Source of the DNA: an archaeon UBA583
Lineage (GTDB): Archaea; Nanobdellota; Nanobdellia; Woesearchaeales; UBA583
Reading direction: 5' to 3'
NCBI GenBank assembly: GCA_002506365.1
Contig: DAXK01000025.1
Location: forward strand, 34,692-98,691
DNA: 64,000 nt
The notes beneath the pieces are model-generated. The model was not told where the DNA came from. It made no database searches and was given only the letters and a program-made list of their open reading frames with translations. Within the stretch, counting starts at the first letter, position 1. Every line of letters begins with the position of its first letter. Positions 56,383 through 64,000 of this stretch are shown here, piece by piece. A program made the translations under genes and the position numbers.

Positions 56383-58698
56383 ATGACTAATAACCAATTC
56401 TTGTATCAAATTGATAAAAAAGAAACAAAAGATAACATTATTCTAACTAAATACTTTGTAGATGATAAATTCGACACAATTACTCAAAATGTTGAAATTC
56501 CTTATCAAATCTTAGCTAATAAGGATGATTTTAACAAATTAAATATAAATGCTGATAATATTATAGTAACACCTGCAAAATTAACGGACATAGATAACAA
56601 TGATGTAATCAAAATTCACGCTAATAGTAAAGAACTTTATGATTTTATCCTCTCTGAGCTAAAAGACATCAATTCTAAGGTATATGAACACGATTTGCCT
56701 ATTGAACATAAATATCTTATTGAAAATGATTTATCATTAGTTTCAAATAACAACTTTAAACCTACTTTAAAATATTTATCTGTTGATATTGAAACAATTG
56801 GACAAAAAGACGCCCAAGAAATAATAATGATTAGTTCTTTTAGTCAATTAGATAAAAAAATGTCTAAAGTTTATTGTGATATGAGTAAAATTACTAACTC
56901 AAAGCTATCAGAAGTTGAGAACCATAAATTTAAAGAATTTGAACTTGTTAAATGTGAAAATGAAGAAGATTTACTAATTAAATTTCAAAATGATTGTATA
57001 GAATTCTCTCCACAACTCCTAATCGGTTGGAATGTTATTGATTTTGATTTTAATATTATTAAACAACGTTTAAACACATTTGGTTTAGACTTTAAACTCT
57101 CTAAATTTACTGGAAATTGTAAATTAAGGCTCACAAATGATTTTTTTAGCCAGTCGACTATGACTTGTCCAGGAATTTTAGTTTTTGATATAATTCATGT
57201 ATTAAAAAAAAACTTCTACGAATTTGAAGATTTTAAACTAGATACTGTGGCAAAAGCAGTTTTAGGAGATAATAAAATTGACATTGAAGATGATTCTGCT
57301 CCAGACTCAATTGAAAATAAAATTCAAGCTATTGAAAATATGTTCAAAAAAGATCCTATAAAATTAATTGAATATAATTTTAAAGATTCATTACTTGTAT
57401 CAGAAATTGTTGAAAAACTTCACCTATTAGATTTAGTTTACAAAAGATCCATCTTAACCGGAACTCCTCTTGCTAAAGTAAAATCTCCTATAGCTACATT
57501 AGATATTATGTATCTAAAAGAACTTCATAAACAAAATAAAGTTGCAAACACAAACTGGAACTTTCAAAAATCACAACCAATTGAAGGAGCATTTGTAGTT
57601 GAACCAACTCAAGGATTTTATGAAGATGTTATGGTTCTCGACTTTAAATCATTATATCCTTCAGTTATGATGACATTTAATATTGACCCATTTACTCAAA
57701 ACAAAGGAACTCAAATCAAAGCTCCAAACGGTGCCACATTTTCAAATGAACCTGGAATTTTACCTAAACTAATATTAAAACTGTACAAAGAAAGAGATAT
57801 TGCAAAACAAGAAAAAGATGCTAATAAATCTCAAGCTCTTAAAATTACAATGAACTCATTCTACGGTGCTATGGCATCACCTAAATCAAGATATCACAAC
57901 TCCGAATTAGGTGAATCAATTACAGCTTTTGCAAGACACATTACAAAAACTGCAATTACAGTAACTGAAGATTTAGGACATAAAGTTGTATATGGAGATA
58001 CTGATTCCATTTTTGTAAAATTAAAAGACTTATCTCCAAAAGAAAAACTTGAAGTTAAAATTTCCGCTGGAAAAGTTTTAGAAAAAACATTAAACAAATA
58101 TTATGAAAATTGGATTACTAAAGAATTCAGACAAAAAAACTTTTTACAAATTGAATTTGAAAAAATGTATTCTAAATTTTTTATTGCAAGTAAAAAAAGA
58201 TATGTTGGATACGATGAATTTACTAAAAAAACACAATTTGTTGGAATGCAAGCAATTAGAGGTGACTGGACTGATATGGCAAAAGAATTCCAAATTAAAT
58301 TAATTAAATTAATATTTGATAATAAATCACATCAAGAAATTGAAAAATTCCTTTTAGACGAAATTTCAGACATTAAAAAAGGTTTATTTGATGACAAACT
58401 AATCTATACTAAAAAGATTGCTAAACCGCTCTCTGAATATACTAAAATCACTCCTCCTCACGTTAAAGCAGCTAAAGAAGTTCAAGGATTTTCAGGAAGA
58501 GTTGTAAAATACTATTTAACAAAAAATGGACCTAAACATATTTCACTTTTTGATATTAAAAAAGATGAATTGGACTATGACCACTATATTGAAAAACAAC
58601 TAAAAGGAGTCTCAGAAGAAATATTAAATTGTATTGGAATTAAATTTGATGAAGTAGTATTTAAGAAAAAACAAAAATCTCTTTCATCTTTTTTCTAA
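56383..58698 (+). CDS. polB: Family B DNA polymerase
   Basis: Exo I DIET, Exo II GWNVIDFDF, motif A DFKSLYPS, motif B KITMNSFYG, motif C YGDTDS. Confidence 0.95.
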   Translation: MTNNQFLYQIDKKETKDNIILTKYFVDDKFDTITQNVEIPYQILANKDDFNKLNINADNIIVTPAKLTDIDNNDVIKIHANSKELYDFILSELKDINSKVYEHDLPIEHKYLIENDLSLVSNNNFKPTLKYLSVDIETIGQKDAQEIIMISSFSQLDKKMSKVYCDMSKITNSKLSEVENHKFKEFELVKCENEEDLLIKFQNDCIEFSPQLLIGWNVIDFDFNIIKQRLNTFGLDFKLSKFTGNCKLRLTNDFFSQSTMTCPGILVFDIIHVLKKNFYEFEDFKLDTVAKAVLGDNKIDIEDDSAPDSIENKIQAIENMFKKDPIKLIEYNFKDSLLVSEIVEKLHLLDLVYKRSILTGTPLAKVKSPIATLDIMYLKELHKQNKVANTNWNFQKSQPIEGAFVVEPTQGFYEDVMVLDFKSLYPSVMMTFNIDPFTQNKGTQIKAPNGATFSNEPGILPKLILKLYKERDIAKQEKDANKSQALKITMNSFYGAMASPKSRYHNSELGESITAFARHITKTAITVTEDLGHKVVYGDTDSIFVKLKDLSPKEKLEVKISAGKVLEKTLNKYYENWITKEFRQKNFLQIEFEKMYSKFFIASKKRYVGYDEFTKKTQFVGMQAIRGDWTDMAKEFQIKLIKLIFDNKSHQEIEKFLLDEISDIKKGLFDDKLIYTKKIAKPLSEYTKITPPHVKAAKEVQGFSGRVVKYYLTKNGPKHISLFDIKKDELDYDHYIEKQLKGVSEEILNCIGIKFDEVVFKKKQKSLSSFF

Positions 58699-58784
58699 AT
58701 AATATTTATATTTTGGTAATCAAATATAGCTAAAGCATTCTTTCAGAAAAAAAGTAAAAAAATAAACCAAAATGATAAAAACTA

Positions 58785-59432
58785 TTAATCTTTTTTATGT
58801 TCCTTTCTCATAAAATCCATCATACTATCATGAGAACTAGAATCCATCTTTTCACTTTTTAAACTCTCAAGTTCCTCACGCACATCAGTATACTCTTCTG
58901 GAGCAATCTTTGTAAATAAAGAAATAATTACATCATTATCAAAAATCCCACAATCGACACATCTATTCGCAAACCTCTCAATTTCAACCTTTTCATCAAA
59001 GCCAATCCGCACAATAAACCTCTTTAAAAAATCAATCGTAATTAAAGACAAATATCCTCCTGCTACCTCATACGCTTGTTTTTTATTTTCAAAATCATAT
59101 CTCTCAATCTCAAAAATATCAATTAAATAAGAAATAAAATCTTCTAAAATAACTCCAAACTCACTATTTAATCTATAATCTAAATACTCATCTGAGCTAA
59201 GCCTTAAAAATTCTTTAAAAGATGTAAATTTAACCATACTCATTGGAATAATTTTACCACAATAAATATCTTTTTTAACGGAATATTTACCCCTATTACG
59301 AGCTCCAGAACCATCTCCTAATTTCTTTGGTTTACGCTTTAAAGTTCGCCCATCTCTAACATAAATAGTCTCCCTCAAATACAAATATCCTCTAGATTCA
59401 GGCTTTTTAGTATTTTTTTTTTCCCACAACAT
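58785..59432 (-). CDS. Hypothetical 215-aa protein with a basic N-terminus
   Basis: ORF track. AAAGTTTATATAAG promoter-like element about 26 nt upstream. Confidence 0.45.
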   Translation of the reverse strand: MLWEKKNTKKPESRGYLYLRETIYVRDGRTLKRKPKKLGDGSGARNRGKYSVKKDIYCGKIIPMSMVKFTSFKEFLRLSSDEYLDYRLNSEFGVILEDFISYLIDIFEIERYDFENKKQAYEVAGGYLSLITIDFLKRFIVRIGFDEKVEIERFANRCVDCGIFDNDVIISLFTKIAPEEYTDVREELESLKSEKMDSSSHDSMMDFMRKEHKKD

Positions 59433-59597
59433 AAATTAAAAATAAATTTATCTTATATAAACTTTACCCACCTGTAAATAAAACATTCTTTATTCATCTT
59501 AATTAGTGAATAAATAATGTTTCACCAACTCTTGTATTGATGTGAAATTCAATTTACAAATACATTGGATTTAAATGAAAAATAAATTGATATTTTT

Positions 59598-60035
59598 TCA
59601 ATAAAATCTATCAATAAATGGTTTAATTTTATCTTTACACTTCTCAATCGAAAATACAAACTCATATTCATTAATCTCATCAATTCCTATCCACTCATAC
59701 CCTAAATGTTCAGATGATAAAACTGGTTTTCCTTTTTCAAATTCATAATTATCACAAAAAGATAAACCAAAAATAAAAGTAAATTCAGGTTTATTAGATG
59801 GATTAGCATAGTAATTAATTGTATGAATTTCATTTAAATTAATTCCTAATTCTTCAACCCCTTCTCGTTTTAAACCATCAATTGAATCCTCTCCAAAATC
59901 ATAACTCCCTCCAACAAAATCCCATAAATTAGCACTTTCAGATTTATAATCAGATCTTTTTAAAATTAAAATTTTTTTAGTTTCTTTATTATAAACAACA
60001 CACTTTTGAGCAAAATAAACATTCTTTAAAGCCAT
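59598..60035 (-). CDS. Nudix hydrolase
   Basis: Nudix box GGSYDFGEDSIDGLKREGVEELGI. Confidence 0.85.
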   Translation of the reverse strand: MALKNVYFAQKCVVYNKETKKILILKRSDYKSESANLWDFVGGSYDFGEDSIDGLKREGVEELGINLNEIHTINYYANPSNKPEFTFIFGLSFCDNYEFEKGKPVLSSEHLGYEWIGIDEINEYEFVFSIEKCKDKIKPFIDRFY

Positions 60036-60097
60036 ATAAAAATAATATAAATAATATCATATTTAAAATTTTATAACTTAACTAATTTAATTAAAAT

Positions 60098-60117
60098 TAC
60101 TCAAAATAATTTGAGTA
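60098..60117. promoter_or_regulatory. 20-bp palindrome in the divergent Nudix / wHTH-Nudix promoter region
   Basis: TACTCAAA-ATAA-TTTGAGTA. ATTTATAAAT follows 3 nt later and lies about 26 nt before the ATG at 60151. Confidence 0.65.
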
Positions 60118-60150
60118 GATATTTATAAATATTAAAATAATAAAAATAAT

Positions 60151-60867
60151 ATGATAAAAGAAAACTCAATTCAAATTGACATACTAAGAAAATTTAAACA
60201 CCACGAAAAATTAAAATATTCTCAAATCCATAACAAACAATTAGCATCAAGTTCTCAATTTGATTACCATTTAAAACAATTAATAATAAACCAATTAATT
60301 GAAAAATCAAAAGATGATTACTACATTTTAACATACAAAGGACTTCAACTAATCTCAGAAATTGATGGGACAGAAATTAAAATTAAAAAAAAACCATTTG
60401 TATGTGGCTTTTTACTAGCATATAATGAAAATGGAGAAATTCTACTAAATATTCGTAAAAAGCAACCTTTTCTTAATTTTTACAATGTTCCAGGTGGAAA
60501 AGTTGATCTTGGTGAAACCACAAAACAATGCGCTATAAGAGAATTTACTGAAGAAACTGGAATAGAATGTAAATCTGTAAAACTTAAAGCAATCTGTGAA
60601 AAATTAAGTTACAATGAAAATGAAGAATTAATTCACCACATTATAGGATATTTCTACACAACAAATAATTCATATGGAACTTTAGTTAAAGAAAATGATG
60701 AAGGGAAAAACGAATGGATAACTTTAAACAAATTAAAAAATAAATTAAAATTCCCCGAATTAGAATACTTAATACCAAAATTAATTGAAAATAATGATAA
60801 TATTTTAATTGAAAATTATAAAAGAATTGTAAAAAATAACATAATGAACTTTGAAATAATAAACTAA
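60151..60867 (+). CDS. Winged-helix DNA-binding domain fused to a Nudix hydrolase domain
   Basis: N-terminal IDILRKFKHHEKLKYSQIHNK...HLKQLIINQLIEK (wHTH pattern). Nudix box GGKVDLGETTKQCAIREFTEETGI. Confidence 0.75.
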   Translation: MIKENSIQIDILRKFKHHEKLKYSQIHNKQLASSSQFDYHLKQLIINQLIEKSKDDYYILTYKGLQLISEIDGTEIKIKKKPFVCGFLLAYNENGEILLNIRKKQPFLNFYNVPGGKVDLGETTKQCAIREFTEETGIECKSVKLKAICEKLSYNENEELIHHIIGYFYTTNNSYGTLVKENDEGKNEWITLNKLKNKLKFPELEYLIPKLIENNDNILIENYKRIVKNNIMNFEIIN

Positions 60868-60896
60868 AAATAAAAATAAATAATAAAAAAGTGGTT

Positions 60897-61394
60897 TTAA
60901 GCCACATCTAAAATTTTCTTTAAAGCAATAGATGAAATAACTGAACATGTAAAATAAGTCCCTAACCATCCAAATTGTGTAAACCCTAAATCCCAAAATT
61001 CTCCTAAATGACCATAATAAGTCTTAATAAAAAAAAATAAAAATAACATTGGAATCATTGTAATTAACATAATTTTTGGATTCATAGCATGTTTCATATT
61101 CTCTAAATTTTTTTTCATAATCTCAGACTGTAAAGCTTGCGCTTTCTTTGGGTCTTTTTTCATCATTTCTCGAACTTTCTTTTGTAACTTTTTCATATCA
61201 GCTCTTAAAGCTTTAATTTTTACTTGGTCTGATAAAAACTTATTAACTAAAGTTGTAAATAAAGCTCCAACTAATGCAATTAAAGCAATATCTAAAACTG
61301 GGCTAGATAAAAAAGGGGCAGTTTGCCCAATTAATGTAGGAATCACTGTATCATTAACAGCACCCACAATTGTTTCATTTAATGTTTGATTCAT
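60897..61394 (-). CDS. DUF106 / EMC3-TMCO1-like (archaeal Oxa1-superfamily) membrane insertase
   Basis: TM1, then a basic coiled-coil hairpin KIKALRADMKKLQKKVREMMKKDPKKAQALQSEIMKKNLENMK, then two more TM helices. Confidence 0.7.
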   Translation of the reverse strand: MNQTLNETIVGAVNDTVIPTLIGQTAPFLSSPVLDIALIALVGALFTTLVNKFLSDQVKIKALRADMKKLQKKVREMMKKDPKKAQALQSEIMKKNLENMKHAMNPKIMLITMIPMLFLFFFIKTYYGHLGEFWDLGFTQFGWLGTYFTCSVISSIALKKILDVA

Positions 61395-61444
61395 AACTAT
61401 TAATATTTAATTACATTTATAAAATTTAGTAACCTCTTAATTTT

Positions 61445-62116
61445 ATGAGATATTCAAGACAAGACGCCTTAAAACAATTACCAAACAATTTTTCTAAAAC
61501 AATCCACAATAAAAAATTAATTATCGTAGGATGTGGTGGAATTGGTTCACCATTATCTGAATTATTAGTAAGAGGAGGATTTCAACATTTAACATTATTA
61601 GATACAGATTTAGTTGATCAAACAAACCTTCAAAGACAAACATTTATTGAATCAGATGTTGGAACTCCAAAAACAACTGCTTTAAATCAAAGGCTAAACC
61701 AAATTGACTCAAAATCAAATATAAATATAATCAATGATACACTAAACTCTGAAAACATCAATCAAATTTGTAAAAATGCTGATTTAATATTAGATTGCAC
61801 AGATAATTTTGAAACAAGAATATTAATTAATCAATATTGTGAACAAAATAAAAAAGATTGGATTTATTCTGGAGCTGTAAAAACACAAATAATCTCTTGT
61901 TTATTTTTAGGAGAAACTAAATTATTCAAAAAAGTATTTCCAAAACCAATCCAAGATGAATCATGTTGTGAAGTTGGAGTATTAGCATCAACAACATTCG
62001 CCAGTGCAAGCTTAACATATAACCAAGTTTTAAAATATTTTTTAGGTCAAAAAGAACAAAATTTAATTAAACAAGACTTATGGAACAACCAACTTTTTTC
62101 AATTAAATTAAAATAA
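61445..62116 (+). CDS. E1-like ThiF/MoeB/UbaA-family adenylyltransferase (short form)
   Basis: RYSRQ, IVGCGGIGS nucleotide loop, LLDTDLVDQTNLQRQ, and CTDNFETR. Confidence 0.8.
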   Translation: MRYSRQDALKQLPNNFSKTIHNKKLIIVGCGGIGSPLSELLVRGGFQHLTLLDTDLVDQTNLQRQTFIESDVGTPKTTALNQRLNQIDSKSNINIINDTLNSENINQICKNADLILDCTDNFETRILINQYCEQNKKDWIYSGAVKTQIISCLFLGETKLFKKVFPKPIQDESCCEVGVLASTTFASASLTYNQVLKYFLGQKEQNLIKQDLWNNQLFSIKLK

Positions 62117-62195
62117 TTTTATTACTTTTTCAAAATTTCAACTAATTTTCACTACACACATTAAACACACAACAATTATATAACTTATATAAATA

Positions 62196-62214
62196 AAATA
62201 TACATTGTATATTT
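62196..62214. promoter_or_regulatory. 19-bp palindrome with an ATACATTGTAT core
   Basis: AAATATACA-T-TGTATATTT read directly. Confidence 0.6.
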
Positions 62215-62272
62215 AATGATTCTGGATACCTCAAGTCAGTAAATACTAAAAAAGATAAATAAAAACAATATA

Positions 62273-62293
62273 ATTAAATACATTGTATTTAAT
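62273..62293. promoter_or_regulatory. 21-bp perfect palindrome with the same core, overlapping or abutting the TATA region of the Nudix gene at 62318
   Basis: ATTAAATACA-T-TGTATTTAAT read directly. It ends 25 nt before the ATG. Confidence 0.65.
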
Positions 62294-62317
62294 AACATAT
62301 AAATTTTAAAATCAAAA

Positions 62318-62803
62318 ATGAATTCAAAAAATAAAAATAATCCAGAAAAAATAAATCAAAAAAATTCAAAATATGGAGAAAATGGATTTAGAAATATTTC
62401 AGCAGTTGTAATAATAAATAAAAATAATAAAAAATTACTATTCCAACAAAGACCAAAAGAAACCAAATGGAATCCAGATGTATGGGGATTTTTTGGAGGT
62501 AAATTTGAAAATAATGAAACTAAAGAACTTTGCGCGATTCGTGAAATAAAAGAAGAAACAAATCTAAATTTAAACATAAATAAATTAAAATATATTAATA
62601 TGTATATTTATGAAAATACTAATTGTTATTTTTTTTATTACTTTTTAGAAGAATCTGAACTAAAACATTTTAAACTACAGGAAGGACAAGACTTTTGCTG
62701 GAAATCATACCATCAAAGTTTAGAACTTGACTTTGGAACAGTAAAAAACTGGCAACTAAACTTTCTAAACAATGAAATTAAAAACATATTAAAAATTAAT
62801 TAA
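62318..62803 (+). CDS. Nudix hydrolase (variant box)
   Basis: GGKFENNETKELCAIREIKEETNL, with the box Gly replaced by Asn. Confidence 0.8.
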   Translation: MNSKNKNNPEKINQKNSKYGENGFRNISAVVIINKNNKKLLFQQRPKETKWNPDVWGFFGGKFENNETKELCAIREIKEETNLNLNINKLKYINMYIYENTNCYFFYYFLEESELKHFKLQEGQDFCWKSYHQSLELDFGTVKNWQLNFLNNEIKNILKIN

Positions 62804-63192
62804 ATAATTAATTAATTAATTAATTAACACATAACCAAACTACTCACAAATCTCAACTGTTTCATTATTTGAAAAATTAACTTCCCAGCACTTAAATTCA
62901 TAAGGTTACTCATTAAAATTTAAAACTATTAACATTACTCCTAAACTTAAAATAACTAAAATTACAATAATTATTTTTTCCATTCCACAAACAATCTAAT
63001 TTTATTACTTATTTAAACAAATGTTATACTTTAAATTAACCTAAAACTAATAAATTTAAAAATAATTCTTAATATGATTAAATTATTTAATCAAACTCAA
63101 ACAAAAAACACTTTTTTAATAAAATTAATATAATTATTTCAAACATAGAATAAAATACATCAAACATAACTTCATAACTTTGAGAATAAAAT

Positions 63193-63263
63193 AAAGTTTC
63201 ACATTGAAACTTTGTAAAATTCTTTGATTTTACAACAGATTAGGAATTCATCAAAATATTCTT
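63193..63263. repeat. Hairpin-repeat locus 4: small hairpin, one family unit with a compensated arm, and a second hairpin
   Basis: AAAGTTTCA-CAT-TGAAACTTT (63193-63213). ACTTTGTAAAAT-TCTTTG-ATTTTACAACAGATTAGGA (63209-63245). AGGAAT...ATTCTT (63242-63263). Confidence 0.7.
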
Positions 63264-63321
63264 AAATACTAAAATTACAACCTTAAATAAAAATTAATAG
63301 AAATAAAAAGAATAGATAAAT

Positions 63322-64000
63322 CTATTCAGTAATTTTTAAAATCATTTTTTGTTCCTTAGCAATCTTTACTAAAGAATCTCTAAACTTATCAAATAACTTT
63401 TGAGCTGACTTTAAATCATCGTGAGTAATTGTTACTGCAAACTCACCTGCAGCAGTATAAATAATTGAAACTTTATCATAATTTAAAGGTTTTAAAGACT
63501 CACTAATTGCATCTTTAATTAAAATTGATCCATTCCCCGCTGTTGACTTTAAAGAAAAATTTTCCTTAAACACAACTTCCTCAGGTTTAATTCTCTCATT
63601 AATAATTTTTAAAAATGCATCCTTTGTTTTTTGATCAATCTCAGTAAACATATCAAGTTTCTTATTATCAATCATAATATCATATAATGCATCATAAACT
63701 GTTTCATACTCCTCAAAAATTGGTTCATAAGTATTCTCAAATAAAGTATCCTTATCAGAACCTACTTCCTTTGCAACATCCATATAAATTCTCTCAGAAT
63801 ACTCTTCCTTTTTAATAGACTCTTGTTTATCCTTCATAACTTGAATTGGAACTCTTCTCAAAGAAACATCAATTCTATTTAATTTAGGGTCAACTCTTAA
63901 AACCTTACAAACAATAACTTTATTCTCAACAACATGATCTCTTAAATTTCTAATTCTTCCAGGTGCAATCTCTGAAATTGTTAAAACTCCTTCCTTTTCA
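63322..64000 (-). CDS. eif2a: Translation initiation factor aIF2 alpha subunit, N-terminus beyond the window
   Basis: The ORF track starts at an internal TTG. My translation stays open to the edge: ...EKEGVLTISEIAPGRIRNLRDHVVENKVIVCKVLRVDPKLNRIDVSLRRVPIQ (S1 domain), then the helical and alpha-beta domains. Confidence 0.85.
   Translation of the reverse strand, partial: EKEGVLTISEIAPGRIRNLRDHVVENKVIVCKVLRVDPKLNRIDVSLRRVPIQVMKDKQESIKKEEYSERIYMDVAKEVGSDKDTLFENTYEPIFEEYETVYDALYDIMIDNKKLDMFTEIDQKTKDAFLKIINERIKPEEVVFKENFSLKSTAGNGSILIKDAISESLKPLNYDKVSIIYTAAGEFAVTITHDDLKSAQKLFDKFRDSLVKIAKEQKMILKITE

Noticed and set aside
51561-58303. ORFs 51561-51743 (-), 53787-53984 (+), 55507-55761 (+), 57894-58097 (-) and 58103-58303 (+)
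   Set aside because: They are antisense to, or in alternative frames of, acd, the surface protein, gatA and polB.
60686-60996. Minus-strand ORFs 60686-60907 and 60805-60996
   Set aside because: They overlap the wHTH-Nudix 3' end and the DUF106 3' end in other frames. F/L/I/Y-rich shadow sequence.
62356-62577. 73-aa minus-strand ORF
   Set aside because: It is antisense to the Nudix box region of the 62318 gene.
62801-62830. TAATTAATTAATTAATTAATTAA run after the Nudix stop
   Set aside because: It is a simple (TAAT)n repeat that gives stops in all frames. It is probably slippage-derived, and I see no evidence of function beyond termination context.

Overview
This is a very AT-rich stretch of archaeal chromosome (GC about 25-30% by eye, not computed). 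The gene content fits a small-genome, DPANN-like archaeon. Archaeal core genes are present: TFB, two abutting histone genes, RpoN, GatE, GatA, aIF2-alpha (cut by the right edge), family-B DNA polymerase, RadB, SecY, uL15, FtsY, type-2 methionine aminopeptidase, UPP synthase, ADP-forming acetyl-CoA synthetase, a DUF106/Oxa1-like insertase, and an E1-like plus ThiS/SAMP-like pair. There are three tRNAs: Trp-CCA, His-GTG with an encoded G-1, and Leu-TAG. I saw no rRNA, CRISPR array, transposase or integrase.

Between the core genes lies a large accessory load of secreted or membrane proteins:
- An 893-codon ORF truncated by the left edge and absent from the ORF track (RCC1-like propeller plus lipase-type hydrolase).
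- A 1192-aa protein with nine 228-bp in-frame tandem repeats.
- A membrane-anchored DUF3380-type muramidase-like protein co-directional with TFB.
- A 1670-aa Cys-rich surface giant followed by a Tat-signal protein, next to tRNA-Leu.
- A 1364-aa modular coiled-coil protein.
- A polytopic-membrane AlbA_2/Schlafen-like fusion.
- A membrane-spanning wHTH protein.

Other notable points:
- Four Nudix paralogs, three of them within 3.2 kb and one fused to a wHTH.
- A RecA1-only Ski2/Hel308-like helicase fragment.
- Three tandem 34-39 aa zinc-ribbon mini-genes hidden in an ORF-free 738-bp gap.
- A family of about 35-nt hairpin repeats (ACTTTGTCAAAT-N4-6-ATTTGACAA-NGGCTTAGRA), seven clear copies at four loci, with one compensatory arm change.
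- Several distinct perfect palindromes that abut predicted TATA boxes of apparently leaderless genes.

All calls rest on reading the sequence and ORF translations by eye. Hand-derived coordinates may be off by 1-2 nt. No database search was possible.
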